Positions 33,801-46,038 of a stretch of 64,000 nucleotides of DNA are shown here, piece by piece (position 1 is the first letter of the stretch; every line of letters starts with the position of its first letter). Both the position numbers and the translations under genes were made by a program. This DNA is from Saprolegnia diclina VS20 (lineage: Eukaryota): the NCBI RefSeq assembly GCF_000281045.1, contig NW_008246076.1:373171-437170 (forward strand), given 5' to 3'. The notes below the pieces were generated by a model. That model did no database searches, had not been told where the DNA came from, and worked only from the letters and a program-made list of their open reading frames with translations.

Positions 33801-36800
33801 ATGGGAACCGAAAGAGCGTCCCGTGGTACCTACGTCTTGCTGAGGCATGTCATGCCATGAGTACGGTCGTACGGCTCGTCGAGGGTGCAGCCAAAGAGCT
33901 TGTAGGGCGCAAACTGGTCGGGAAACTGCGCAATGACGTTCGAGGACGTAAAGTTGATCTTGATGCCGGGCTGCGTTGTCGTTGCGTTCGGTACAAAGGT
34001 CGCGTGCGGATCAAACATGACTAGATGCTCCCGCGTCAATGCACGAGAATGACAAAGGGCGAGCGTAATGTACCGAGCGAGCTCCCCGATACGATCGACG
34101 GTAAATCCGTGAGATGGTACACCGAGTTGAAGCCAAGACCAAAGCGCCCGGTCGTCGAGACGCGGTGGAGCTTGCTGCCTTGGCCAATGCGCGCGAGGTT
34201 CATGAAATCGCGCTCCTGGAACGCCGCATTGTTGTACTACACACAACACTAAGAATGGCATCCACGAGAGAGAGCAGCATACGCAGTACAAGGCGGGGCC
34301 TTGCCACGCGGCCATGGGGGCACTCAAGAGCGACGACGTCGCGTACGTGGCGAGGTTGAGGCACACACTCACACGCGTCGCGCCCGCGTCGTCGGCGTTC
34401 TGCACGAGTTCGTGGAGCACGCTCGTGCCTTCGGGGTACTGCTCCAAGATGTGTGCGAGGCGTCGTGTGAGCGGCTCCGACTGGCCAAACGCCGTGACAC
34501 CGTCGAGCGCTTCGGGTTCGAGTCCGTCGAGCGCCGTCGACGAGCTCCGTAGGAGCGATGACCGGAACGAGACAGCACCCAGCTTGCCCGCGACCACGTT
34601 CGAGAGCTGCGGGTGCACAAACACCAGGCCCGAGGGCTGCGCCAGCCACGGCGCATCGTTAAAGAGGAGCGACGACGCCAATTCCAACACATTGCTGGCA
34701 GTCGGAAGGTACACGTCGAGGCCCGTCGACATCTCGTCGCTGAGCGTTTGCGCGAGCTGGATCGCGAGCGCGACGTCGTCTTTCGAGAGCGGCTGCGTAT
34801 TGTGAGCCGTAAACATGGCTTCGAGGACGCCGACATAGTCGCGTGCGTGGAAGCGGCGACGCACGCCCAGCGCCGACAAGAGAGATTCGTACGGTAGCAG
34901 CTCTTTCGGGACGATTGCGAGGTACTCGTGCGCGTGCACGTACGAGTCGAATGCGACTTGGTCCGCGCGCCAAAAGCGGTCCCGGATCCAAAGCCACGGC
35001 ACGTTGTGCAGTGCGCTTTGCATGCCATTCGCTGCGCTGGCGTCGCGCACGAGGTACGACGCGAGGGCCGCGTACAACGTTGGCACCTGCGCAGCCAGTC
35101 GCGCGAGATGTGCGTCGTCGTTGCCAATGGCGCAAAACGTCGCATGGAGCTCGACGAGCTGTCGGAGAAGCACGGGTAGCGCGTGTGGAGCGTCCCATCC
35201 AAACAGCTGACGCAGCGCGCTCGATGCGATCGCTCCGTCCAGGATGAAGAAACTCGCCGAGCAAAGCCACTGCGACTCGGCAGGTCGGAGCGCGAGCGGG
35301 GACGTGACGAGCGGCGGCGACGACGGCCACGGCAGGCAGGCATACGGCGGCGACTGCAGCACCGGCATCCACGCCAAGAGCACGAGCTGTTCGCGAAACG
35401 CAATGATGTCTTGCATCTCCAATTGCAACGCAGCGGCGTGCGCCGCGTCGTCCACCTCGTTGTCCTCGTCGTCTTGGAGCGTCGACGATCGGCTATCTAG
35501 AAAGGCCTTGAAGAAGCTTCCCGTCTTCTTCTGGAGCGACATCTTCTTCTTCTTCGTCGCCACGTGCATGGACACTTGGGGCTGGAGAAGCCGGTCGGCG
35601 TGGGCATCAACATACTTGACAAACTCTTTGGTGCGCCGTTGAAACTCGGCAGTCTCCTCGGCCACACCCGTTGTCGCAATGACTTCAGCAATGTGCAGCA
35701 CGGACGACCGCGTGAGCATCTGCTGCATGCCCAAAAGACGCAGCGCTCCGAGGTACGCTGGCGTCTGGAGCGACGCCGATGGAAAGCAGCTCGGTTCGAT
35801 CATGTCGACAAAAGCCTCAATGTCCGGGTCGTAGAGCTCGGTGACGTAGCGCCACGATCCTGTCATGGTCGCAAACACCTGGAGCTGCTGGGCGCGTCCG
35901 ATGAAGCGCGGGTCGTCGCGTACAAACGTCGTCACGTGGAGCAAGAAGCCTTCTAGCAGCGACAGTTGCATCTCGGGCTCCAAATTCGACCACACGTTGG
36001 CGGCAAACATGCTCGTCATGAAGAAATTGACGCGCGAGATCGTTGGGAGCCCGAGCTTGGTGAGCACCTTCTTGGAGAGCTCGGGATGCACGACAAAGCG
36101 GCCATCCAAAAGGCGCGGTTCGATCTCCGGGGCCACGCACAGCCCGGGCGTGAGCGGTACAAAGAGACTGCGGTCGTCGGTCTCATCCCATGCCACCGCG
36201 TTGCTCTGGCGAAACCCAAAGCCGTGGAAGAGCGGCAACGAGCGCAGTGCCTGCACCGTCGACGCGCTCATGTCGTCGCAGTGCAGCGACACAATGTACG
36301 TTCGGAGCTCGTCGCGCTCGACCGCCGAGAGCACCTCGACGCGGTCCCGGGACAAGGACGCGACGACGCCTTCCGGTGTCGGCTGCTGAAAGTACGTCCA
36401 AACTTCCGGTGACACTTCGGTGCGAAAGAGGTCGTGGGCCAAGACATCCACTTGCATGCGCAAAAGGATTGCAACGATCGATGGCGCGAGCCACGCCGTG
36501 TGGAGAATTGACGACTGCTTCCGGAGGCTGCACACGGCGCCGTTCTGCGTCGGGACGATCGGCCACTGGTCACAGAGGTCGAGCAGCGTGCTCGGGCTGT
36601 TTCCAATGTACGCCCAGAGGTCTTGAAACCACGCGAGCGTTGGGAGGTCGGTTGCATCGATCGACCAAGCGACGCGCGACTGCCGCGCCCAGTGCGGTGG
36701 CAACACGAGCGGCAAGAAGTCGCCGAGGTCCTGGACGCCCATCACTTGCACGTTCATATGCGACGCGAGCGATAGAAGCGTCGCCTTGCAGTCGCCCACT

Positions 36801-39037
36801 GCCTCCATGTCGACAAGTAGCTGGCGGGCGCTGGCGCCAAAGAGCTGCAATTCGAGCTCCGAGCAGAGGTAGTACGTGGTGGAACACGCCTCCTTGGTCG
36901 TCGACGTCAAGAGCCACTCGAGCGCGGCTTGTGCGTTGTTCTCATGCTTTTGCAGCGCGGCCACACACAACGACCGCGGAAACTGCATCGAGAGCAGCTG
37001 TTGCAAGCCAGCGGCGTCCACAGGAGCTTGGATCGCAAACCGCCCGACCGAGTGGTCCATGAGCGGCAGCAGTTGCACGCCGTCGAGGTCGTCGCGCGGT
37101 CCATCGCGCAGCACAAACGCAAGCAGTGCGTGCATCGCGGCCGCATTGCTGCCGTGGCACGTCGCGTGCGCACGGTACCACGCCCGGGCGTGGCGCGGAC
37201 CAAACTCGATTGGGATCGTGTTCGTGGTCAGCAGCAGCGTCTGCAGCGCTGGCGGCACCGACACGAGGCCAAGGCCATCGTGCACGAGGAGAGGCTCGAG
37301 CGCGTCCTTGTCACTCGATGGTCCAAGCACGAGTGCGTCTCTGGGCGACACAAACGTCTTTGTGAGCGTATACAGACACGGCTTGTCGGCGACTTGCGTC
37401 AGCGCCGAGGTCACGAGCGTCTGCCACGGCGGCAGCGGCAGCTGCAGCGGAAAGAGGTGTGGCGTCGTGTGATATTGCGTCATGGCCTCGATCGCGCGCG
37501 CGTAGCAAGGCGCAACGACCGACGCCAAGAGACTCGAATTCCACTGCGCGCGCAAGAGCCCTTCGCCCGTGAGACCGTCGCCCGACCACACGTCGCGCCG
37601 GTTGGACGAGAGCTCAAAGTAGCCATTGACCTAATCACGCAACGTTCTCAGCTCCTAACCCACCAGCACGGTGTCGTCGTACGTGGATCGGAAGCCCCGT
37701 TTCGACAGGCAGCGGCAAGAAGCAGAACGCACGGCCTTGCAGCGGTGTCGTGACGTCCAAGCTCGCGGCAACACCGCCATACGGCACAAGTCGCAGCGAG
37801 GCGTTCTCCGGGTCAATCGCCATCGCCGTGCTCTCTTTGCCCCCAAGCTGGTTGCAGATGAGCCACGTCGATGTCGCGTCGTTGTTCGAGCCAAAGTTCC
37901 GGGTCGTAATCTCGAGCGGGTAGTCGCAAATCTGACCCTGCAGCGGGAACGCTTGCGCCTTGAGCGATGCTTGGCTGCGCTGCGCTTGGAGCTCGCGCGA
38001 CAAGTTGGTGATGCTGGTTGTGTGCAGCGGTGTTGGCGCCGACTGGCCTGTCTCCCACTGCGAAATGTGAATCGTCGTCACGTTGCGCAGAAAGAGGAGC
38101 GTCATGGTCGACTCGGCGGCAAAATCGGAAAGGAGCTGCGACACCGAGGCGAGCGTTTGCGCTCGGGACGTGAGTTTGCTCGTCTTGGCTTGCTCGGGCG
38201 TGCGCAGGGGCAGGCGAAACGTCGTGCCCTACATGTTCATGAGTGCATCCTCCACATGCAAGCGCGCTACGTCAAAGGGCGATCGAAGGTCGCAGCCAAA
38301 CCCTTCGAACGGGCAAAACTGGTCCGGGTACTGCTCGAGGAGATCACGCCGCGTCATAAAGTTGATCATTTTGCCGGGGTTGCTCGGGTTCACATTGGGC
38401 AAGTGGCAGGCCTACACTCGAGCTATCACCGACGCGTGCGAGGAGGAAGTCGCATTACATGCGGGTCAAACATGACAATGTGGCTGCCGCTAATGAACGT
38501 CGGAAGGTCCGTCATGTGGTACACTACGTATCGTCGTTGGCTTCTACGATGCATGCAAGAGCGTACCCGAGTTGAAGCCAATGCCAAAGCGCCCGGTCTT
38601 CCAGCCTTGGGATGCATCCTTCTTGAGCGAATCGCCAATGCGCTACGCAAGTACGTTGCACATGCTCGTCGACCAGGAGAGCAGTACCTGGATGGACGCA
38701 AAGTCGGCATCCGTGAAGCGCGCATCGTTGTGCACAAGAAGCGATGGGCCCTGGAAGGACGCGAGCTTCGTGTACGCGAGGTGCTCGGCGCCATGCGTGC
38801 GCTTGTCGAGGCAGAACGAGATGGTCGTCGCGCCTGCGTCGTCGGCGTTCTGCACCATCTCCTTGAGCACCGAGGTGCCCTCTACCCTCGCAGCACCATC
38901 ATGAGGTCGTCGTCGACCTCGAGCAGGAAGCGCATGGACGTACCCGGGTAGTTGCGCAGGATCTCGCGGATGCGCACCGTGAGGTCGATCTTCTGGCCAA
39001 AGTCATCGCCGAACTGGACGACCTCGTCCATCGCCAT
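24896..39037 (-). CDS. Giant sacsin-like protein with repeated Hsp90-like (GHKL) SRR modules, a UBA-like domain and a C-terminal RING finger (multi-exon, >4000 aa)
   Basis: FGQKIDLTVRIREILRNYP...LKEMVQNADDAGA and FGQSEPLTRRLAHILEQYPEG...ELVQNADDAGA. GRAFCFLPLP occurs twice. UBA-like LQQLLSMQFPRSLCVAALQKHENNAQAALEWLL. RING CSVC...PCGHVFCSAC...CPTCR. Confidence 0.87.
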
Positions 39038-39457
39038 CCCAATCCAAATCTGGTTGCTTTCGTCGAAGATGACGACCTCCCAGAGATAATAGGATGCTTC
39101 CTCGGTGCCCCAAAACTCAATTGAGTTTTGCATGTGATGGAAAGACATTGCACGCGACTCATCTTTTCTCAATTCGACGATCAACCTCTCAAAAGCCATA
39201 CGACATGCGAGAAAGGCCAGCAAAGATCGCACGCGCGCAGCTTCAACCTCGCTTCAAGCACGAGGTAACAGCACACTGCACCGCGCCTCCATGAAGCGCA
39301 AGAAGCGCCAGTGCTTACCCTGTCTGCACCATGGCTTTGACACGCCGAGGATGCTTCGTGCGGCGACCACGCACCGTCGCTGGGTTGTGGTTCGCTGCCC
39401 GAGCGATTGCATGGTGGGTCAACTGTGCTAGGTAGAGCTGCCTTACCCAGTCGACCT

Positions 39458-39862
39458 NNNNNNNNNNNNNNNNNNNNNNNNNNNNNNNNNNNNNNNNNNN
39501 NNNNNNNNNNNNNNNNNNNNNNNNNNNNNNNNNNNNNNNNNNNNNNNNNNNNNNNNNNNNNNNNNNNNNNNNNNNNNNNNNNNNNNNNNNNNNNNNNNNN
39601 NNNNNNNNNNNNNNNNNNNNNNNNNNNNNNNNNNNNNNNNNNNNNNNNNNNNNNNNNNNNNNNNNNNNNNNNNNNNNNNNNNNNNNNNNNNNNNNNNNNN
39701 NNNNNNNNNNNNNNNNNNNNNNNNNNNNNNNNNNNNNNNNNNNNNNNNNNNNNNNNNNNNNNNNNNNNNNNNNNNNNNNNNNNNNNNNNNNNNNNNNNNN
39801 NNNNNNNNNNNNNNNNNNNNNNNNNNNNNNNNNNNNNNNNNNNNNNNNNNNNNNNNNNNNNN
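39458..39862. other. Assembly gap (405 N)
   Basis: Run of N. Confidence 0.99.
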
Positions 39863-40691
39863 ACTATACGTGGCAGCGTCCTGGCGCATGGCAGGTAGCG
39901 AAAATGACCGCTTCAACGTCGCCGACGCCACAAAAAAGTGAACGCCACGTGGTAGCCTTTTCTCACTCGTATACAAACACCAAGTGTATTTGGGAACCCG
40001 CCGCCGTTGGTCACACGTGGCATCTGGTCCGCTCGATGGGACCACCATTCTGTCAGCATACAAACATCAAGTGAAAGAACCCGAAGTCGAAGTTGCCGGA
40101 TTTCCACCAGCCGCGAAACCCCCCCTTTGCGCCAGTATCGTCTCTGCCAACGTATGCGTTTTGACAGGTCATTTAGGCCCCGACAGCAAAGATCCATTAT
40201 CGGTTTCAACAAGATATTCAAAGCGAGAGGAAACGACATGCTGCCCGTCCCTCTCGCTTTCACTTGGGTTTTGTATGGACTTGCCCTACCCCGGCCCAAA
40301 TTCGAGAAAGAACTGGCGGGCCTCGCCGATGATTGGGCAAGATCGCGCTTCGAATTTTGGCATACAAACCGCCAATGAAACGGGTCGGCTTTTCGAACCG
40401 GTTGCAGGTCATTTGCGATTTTGCAGCGCCGGACGCAGTTGGATTTGAATTTTCGCGCCACACGGTATGTGCATGTTGACCGGAGCGTCCTGTAGGAAGA
40501 TGGAGCGTCTCCGTCAAGTAGACGTCTAATGTAATGCGATTTCATGCGACTTTGCCATCTTGTAGTCGACGTTCTCCTTGTCCATCCTCCTCTTCTTGCC
40601 AGCCTCGAGGTCCGATTTGCATGCGTGGTCGACGGACGATATGCACCTTCTCTGTGTAGAACCAACGACGACGACGACGACATCAACCAGC

Positions 40692-42974
40692 ATGAACATT
40701 GGGATCGAAACACGCCATTTGAAGCGGCCGCGCCCGAGCTACGGCGATAGCCCGTCCGAAGTTGAGTGCCACCACTGGGACATGGGCAAGCGCCCGTACC
40801 GCACACCGACTGTATTGTCGCCGCTTGATGTGGCGTCGGCCGCGCAGCTCCACCAGCAGCTACAGGATCTGCGCCGTGAGAAGATTGCGACGCCGCTCCT
40901 CGCGCTCGTGAGCCGCCTCATGCTCCACCGTATCAACCAAAACATATTTAACGCACCGGTCGACCCGGTCCGCCTCGCCTGTCCGACGTACTACGAGGTC
41001 ATTGCGCGCCCGATGGACCTTGGCACGGTCAAGCAAAACCTGAGCGCGCTACTGTATGCATCCGCCGACCTCGTGGCCGACGACATTCGCCTCGTGTTTG
41101 CCAACGCGACGCACTTCAACCCGCCGGGCCACATTGTACACGAGTCGGCCAAGCTGCTCGCCAAAGAATTTGAACGCGAGTTTGCCGCGTACCTCCGGCG
41201 CGAGCGCGACCACGCCATCAAGCGCGCCGAGCACAGCTGCCCGCACTGCCAGGGCCACGTCTGCGGTCTCTGCGAAGAAAAGTGCATCAACTTTGAGCCG
41301 CCGCTCGTGCTCTGTCTCGGCAAGTGCGGCCAGCGCCTCCGCCGCCACGCCACCTACTTTATGACGCCCGACGGGCAGCTCAACTGGTGCGCGAAATGCG
41401 TGCCCAAGCAAGCCGAGTTTACTTACGGCGACCGCGTCGTGACCAAAGCCGAATTGCTCAAGGCCAAGTTCCAAGAAGAACTCACCGAGCCGTGGGTGCA
41501 ATGCGACGGGTGCATGGGCTGGGTGCACCAGATCTGCGCGCTCTTCAACAGCGAGATCGCGGCCGACGACGACGTGCCGTTTACGTGCGCGCTCTGCCGC
41601 TTGCGGTCGCTCGAACCAAAGAGTCGCAAGTACAGCGACCCCGCGTCGCCAAGCCACGACGTCGACCACTCGACTCCTGTCTTGGACTCACCCGACAAGC
41701 AGCTCATGGCGCATAGTATCGACGTGAGCGCGATGGCGACCAAGCGCGACGACATGAGCACCCACTCGCCGATCGTAAAGAAGGCCAAGTGCATCAAGCC
41801 GCTCTTCAAGGACGCGCTCCCGGACGTGCATGCGTCGACGACGCACCTCGGCACGTTCATGCAAACGTGGATCCGCGACCACTTTCTCTTCCTCGGCGAG
41901 TCGCCGGCCGTCGCCAACTCGCTCTTTGTCAAGCTCGCGTCGTCGGTTCGCGTGACCGCGCCAGTGACAGCCACCGCACAAGACCATTTCCGGCTCAACG
42001 GGTTTGCCTACCCATCCGAGGTGACGTATACGTCCAAGACGATCCTTGTGTTCCAGGAGATTGACGGTACGGACGTCTGCCTCTTCTCCATGTACGTGCA
42101 AGAGTACGGGCCCGATTGTGGCATCCCGAGCAACAACCACCGAACGTACATTGCGTACCTCGACTCGCTCGGGTACTTTCGTCCGCGCCACGCGCGCACG
42201 TCCGTGTACCAGCAGCTCGTGATCGCGTACCTCGCGTTTGCAAAGGCCCGCGGCTTCACCCACGCCCACATCTGGGCGTGCCCGACGACGCGCGGCGGCG
42301 ATTTTATCTACTGGTGCCACCCGTCGCACCAGCGCAACCCGAGCAAGGAGCGCCTCTTGTTGTGGTACAAGGCGGTGATTGCGGCTGCAAAGGCGCGCCA
42401 CGTTGCGTTTGGCCATGACACGCTCTGGAGCTCGCACTTTGCCGCGCTTCACTCGGGCATCTCAAACGCGCCGCTGCCGCCGTACTTTGACGGCGACTAC
42501 TGGCCCGCCGAGCTCGACCGCGCAGTCCTTACGCCGCTCAAACCGCGGGCCAAGAAGAAGCCGTCCGACGCGACCGAGGCGGTGCCAAAAGCCAAGGCGC
42601 GCGACGCCATCAAGGCCGATGTCTATCGCGCGATCGAGGTGACCAAGGACTCGCTGTTTGTGATTCCGCTCCAGCCCACGTGTGGCCACTGCGGTCAAGT
42701 GCTCGTCAACATGGCCTACTGGCAGTCGCCGACATGCGCGGTCTGCGACGTGTGCGCGGCCGTGAGCGTCGACTCGAACGTGCCGCTGCAACGGCAGTCG
42801 GTGCCCCACTTTGTCGCAAACGACGTTCTCGACGATGTCGAGATTCCGTGCCCGTTCCTCGACCATCGGTCGACGCTGTTGAAGAACTGCGAAGAGCGCC
42901 ACTACCAGTTTGACACGCTGCGCCGGGCCAAGTACTCGACCATGATGCTGCTCTACCACATGGCCACTGCTTAG
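40692..42974 (+). CDS. CBP/p300-family histone acetyltransferase (bromodomain, PHD, HAT domain); intronless
   Basis: Bromodomain FNAPVDP..YYEVIARPMDLGT..VFANA; PHD WVQCDGC..WVHQICALF; HAT YIAYLDSLGYFRP, HIWACP..GDFIYWCHP, PYFDGDYW and QFDTLRRAKYST. The start could be at 40641. Confidence 0.9.
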   Translation: MNIGIETRHLKRPRPSYGDSPSEVECHHWDMGKRPYRTPTVLSPLDVASAAQLHQQLQDLRREKIATPLLALVSRLMLHRINQNIFNAPVDPVRLACPTYYEVIARPMDLGTVKQNLSALLYASADLVADDIRLVFANATHFNPPGHIVHESAKLLAKEFEREFAAYLRRERDHAIKRAEHSCPHCQGHVCGLCEEKCINFEPPLVLCLGKCGQRLRRHATYFMTPDGQLNWCAKCVPKQAEFTYGDRVVTKAELLKAKFQEELTEPWVQCDGCMGWVHQICALFNSEIAADDDVPFTCALCRLRSLEPKSRKYSDPASPSHDVDHSTPVLDSPDKQLMAHSIDVSAMATKRDDMSTHSPIVKKAKCIKPLFKDALPDVHASTTHLGTFMQTWIRDHFLFLGESPAVANSLFVKLASSVRVTAPVTATAQDHFRLNGFAYPSEVTYTSKTILVFQEIDGTDVCLFSMYVQEYGPDCGIPSNNHRTYIAYLDSLGYFRPRHARTSVYQQLVIAYLAFAKARGFTHAHIWACPTTRGGDFIYWCHPSHQRNPSKERLLLWYKAVIAAAKARHVAFGHDTLWSSHFAALHSGISNAPLPPYFDGDYWPAELDRAVLTPLKPRAKKKPSDATEAVPKAKARDAIKADVYRAIEVTKDSLFVIPLQPTCGHCGQVLVNMAYWQSPTCAVCDVCAAVSVDSNVPLQRQSVPHFVANDVLDDVEIPCPFLDHRSTLLKNCEERHYQFDTLRRAKYSTMMLLYHMATA

Positions 42975-43010
42975 TGCAACATACTCCATCGTAGTCGTCG
43001 TCGTATTCGT

Positions 43011-45179
43011 TTAACCAAATGCAATCGGCAGTGGCGCGTCGGCGTCGGCCATGAGCCCTTGAATGTCGAGCCACTTTTCATACTGCTGGCACGTGCCCGT
43101 GTCGAGCTTGAGCTCGGCAAAGAGCTTCCGGCAGCTGCCGCCCTCGACGTCGAGCCCATCCGCTTCGAGATCCTGCATGCTTTGCACGACGATGCTCACG
43201 TTGGAGGCCGCCGGCGACGGCTTGAGACGATCCCAGTAGTACTTGTGGTGGTAGGCTTGGACTTCGCCGGCAAGGAGCGTCTCGACCGGCTTGGGCGCCG
43301 ACGTGACGTTCGTGTCGTCCTCTTCGCTGCGCAGCCAGTCGTCCTCGAGCTCGGGTCGCACGTACAAGTAGACTTCTGTGAGCAAGTGCACGCAGGTAAA
43401 CTTGCGGACCCACTAGCACAAGCGTAAGAAGAAGCCGAGATCGTCGACGCGACCAACCTGATGGCCAAGGTACCGCGCTTGGGACTTGACGAGCTTGAGC
43501 GCATAGAGGCGCGTCATGGGCTCCTTGAGGTTCAAGACGCGCTTGAGCCACACGAGCGACTGCGACCGGCACAAGGTCGACTTGATCAAGCTCGGCTTGC
43601 GCTTGGTGAGGCGCTGCACGAGCCGGAGGACTGACGCGACGCAGCGCAGTTGCTGCCGAGCGTACTCGGCGACCGTCGCTTCGTCCAACGCCACGACGAC
43701 CGTGAGCTTCTTGTTGCGACTCGGCAACTTCTCGACGCGCTGCGAGCCGTCCTCAATGACACGCACTTGCACGTACGTTGCAAAGTCGCGGTTGAGGAAT
43801 TTCTACTATCAACTTGATACTCGAGTCAACACGAGACACATACCGTCATGGTCGGGAGCACGCCGGCGTCGACGAGCTGCGAGGCGAGGTACTCGGCCTT
43901 GAGCAGATGGCTGCTTCGAACGTGCTTGAGCAGCGTGAGCAGCGTGAGCGACGTGGCGTCCATGAGGATGGCCTTCTCGCGCAGCATGTAGGTGAGGTAC
44001 GCTTGCTCTTCCGGCGACACGTTTGTCTGCGCATTCTCGTACGAGGACGGGTCGGTGCCCGCGGACCCGCGCTTCCCAAACACGTGGCGCTTGTCCGGGT
44101 TCGTGCCGGCGGCCAGAACCGACGCAAAGACGCCCATGATCTCCTTGGCTCTTGGCATCAGCAGCATGCGATACAGTAGCTCGACGCGGTCGCCCCACTC
44201 TTGGTCGAACGTCGGGTCGTCCGTTGCTGAGATCGCCGGCGCCATGTCGTAATGCGGCTTGTGGATGTACGACGTGTAGATGCTATCGCGGTGGTTCTGC
44301 GCCTTGACCTTGGCGACGTACAGTGGGTCCGAGACCGGTTCGGTAATGGGCACCATTACCGGTCGCTTGATGCTCTTGCACTGGAGCTTGGTCGGGACCT
44401 CGAGCGCTATCGGTGTTGTAGGCAGTATGAGACGACCGCCATGGGATACGGGGCGTACGAAGCGCATGGAAGGCCCGTCGGTCGTTCTTGAGCTGCGTCA
44501 GGCGTGGGAGGTCCCCGAGCATGCGTGTGAACCACGCATAGAGCAGCAGCATGGTGCGCTTCACGGGATAGCCTGCGACGGATTGGTGCGCTTGCAGACA
44601 CTCAAAGATGTCGAAGAGCACCTATATGATTACTTCGCATGAGAGGGCCAAGTGGACGGCGATCGCATCCACCTGCTTGGGCTGGCACACGCCCAGCTCA
44701 AAGAGCGACCGCGCCGAGCAGACCGACTCGGGGCTGAGCACGATCGTGAGGTACAGCATCGTGAGCGCACGGTTCAGCTGGCCAAAGAGGCGCTCGACCT
44801 GGTCAATGTCCATGTACGGAAAGTTGAGGCCCTTGAGGTTCAGCATCGCCCGGGCCAAATGCTGCGCAAAGATCGGCACCGCGCCCGCCGCGCTGAGGAC
44901 ATCGCAGTTGCGGCGCGCGACCTCAAAGTTGACAAGAAGACGCTGCTGCTCGTCCTTCATGCCCTTGCCTTGGGCGAACGGGATGAGGACGGACTCGGCG
45001 AGGAGCCACGCGTCGCGGTTCGGGCCCTCGAGGTATTGCAGGTACGTGGGCACGGCCTCGGGCGCGATCAAGGCCTCGGACAGCGCCACATTGACGCCAA
45101 TAAAGTCGACGCCAAACGCGCAGTAGAAGCACGAGACGCGCTCCTCGACGCTCATCGCCTCAAGCTCGCTCGACTTCAT
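43011..45179 (-). CDS. STRIP1/2 (FAM40/Far11) STRIPAK-complex subunit (multi-exon)
   Basis: YPVKRTMLLL, VELLYRMLL, LLTLLKHVRSSHLLKAEYLASQLVD, LKRVL...LYALKLVKSQARYLG and YLYVRPELEDDWL parallel N1221/DUF3402 blocks. Confidence 0.82.
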
Positions 45180-46038
45180 GCTGGTCGGCAAAATCTTCGC
45201 TATTTGTGGCACCTTAAATGTGGCACCGGCCTTCGTATCGAGCTATACAGGACCTCTAAGAACGGATATTACTGACGTGGCAGCACGACCGACAAGAAGC
45301 CAGTGCCACACATGACGTTCGGCCGTCGTTCGTCGAGGGCCGACAACGAGAAGATCGCGGTGAGCGATCCCATGGACGTATCCACGCCGGCACTCGCTGT
45401 CTCTTGACGTACCCAGACAGTCTATGATCAGGGATGGTCTCCGCCACCGTACTTCATTCTTCAGTTTGGTCATGCCTTGTCCATGATGAATGCTCCTTGG
45501 GCTCTCCATCTAGCTTTCTCGATCGGACGTATGGGCTCAGCTGCGTGAAGAAGGAACCAAGGGCCGTCTCCGTTCGTGGCCTCGAACGCGGAGTAGCAAG
45601 TAGGTACTACACCCTGTTCTCCTCTCTGTTCGCATCGTCCCGCCACGGAAATGACAAGAGGCCAAACGCGATGCCGATTGGTCGACAGCCTTGGTGACGA
45701 GCTACTCGCCGAGCAAAGCTCGAGCGATCTCAGTTTACAAAATCCCAAGTCCAATGAAGCGGTCCTCCTCGATGCGCCGGACCGCCACCAGCAGAGTGAG
45801 CTTGCCTGCAACGAGCGTCGCGTCCTGGTGGGCACGCTGGTCGCCGTGCCATTATCATCCGCGACAGCTTCCATCCTCCACACGTCCGTTCGGCCGGTCG
45901 CTCGTGGCCGACCGGCTACGCGCCGGTCATCCCTCCGACATGTACGTCGCTCGGCCACAACTCTCGCTGCGCTAAGACAAAGTTGGATTACATAAGGAGG
46001 TGTTATAATGGCGTTATCAAAACTATCGTGTCGGGCAT

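Noticed and set aside
39863..40570. ORFs adjacent to the gap (39913-40806, 40007-40378)
   Set aside because: Non-protein-like composition; probably promoter or intergenic DNA.
45434..45995. Short plus-strand ORFs between STRIP and La
   Set aside because: No homology cues or convincing splice model; a small gene cannot be excluded.
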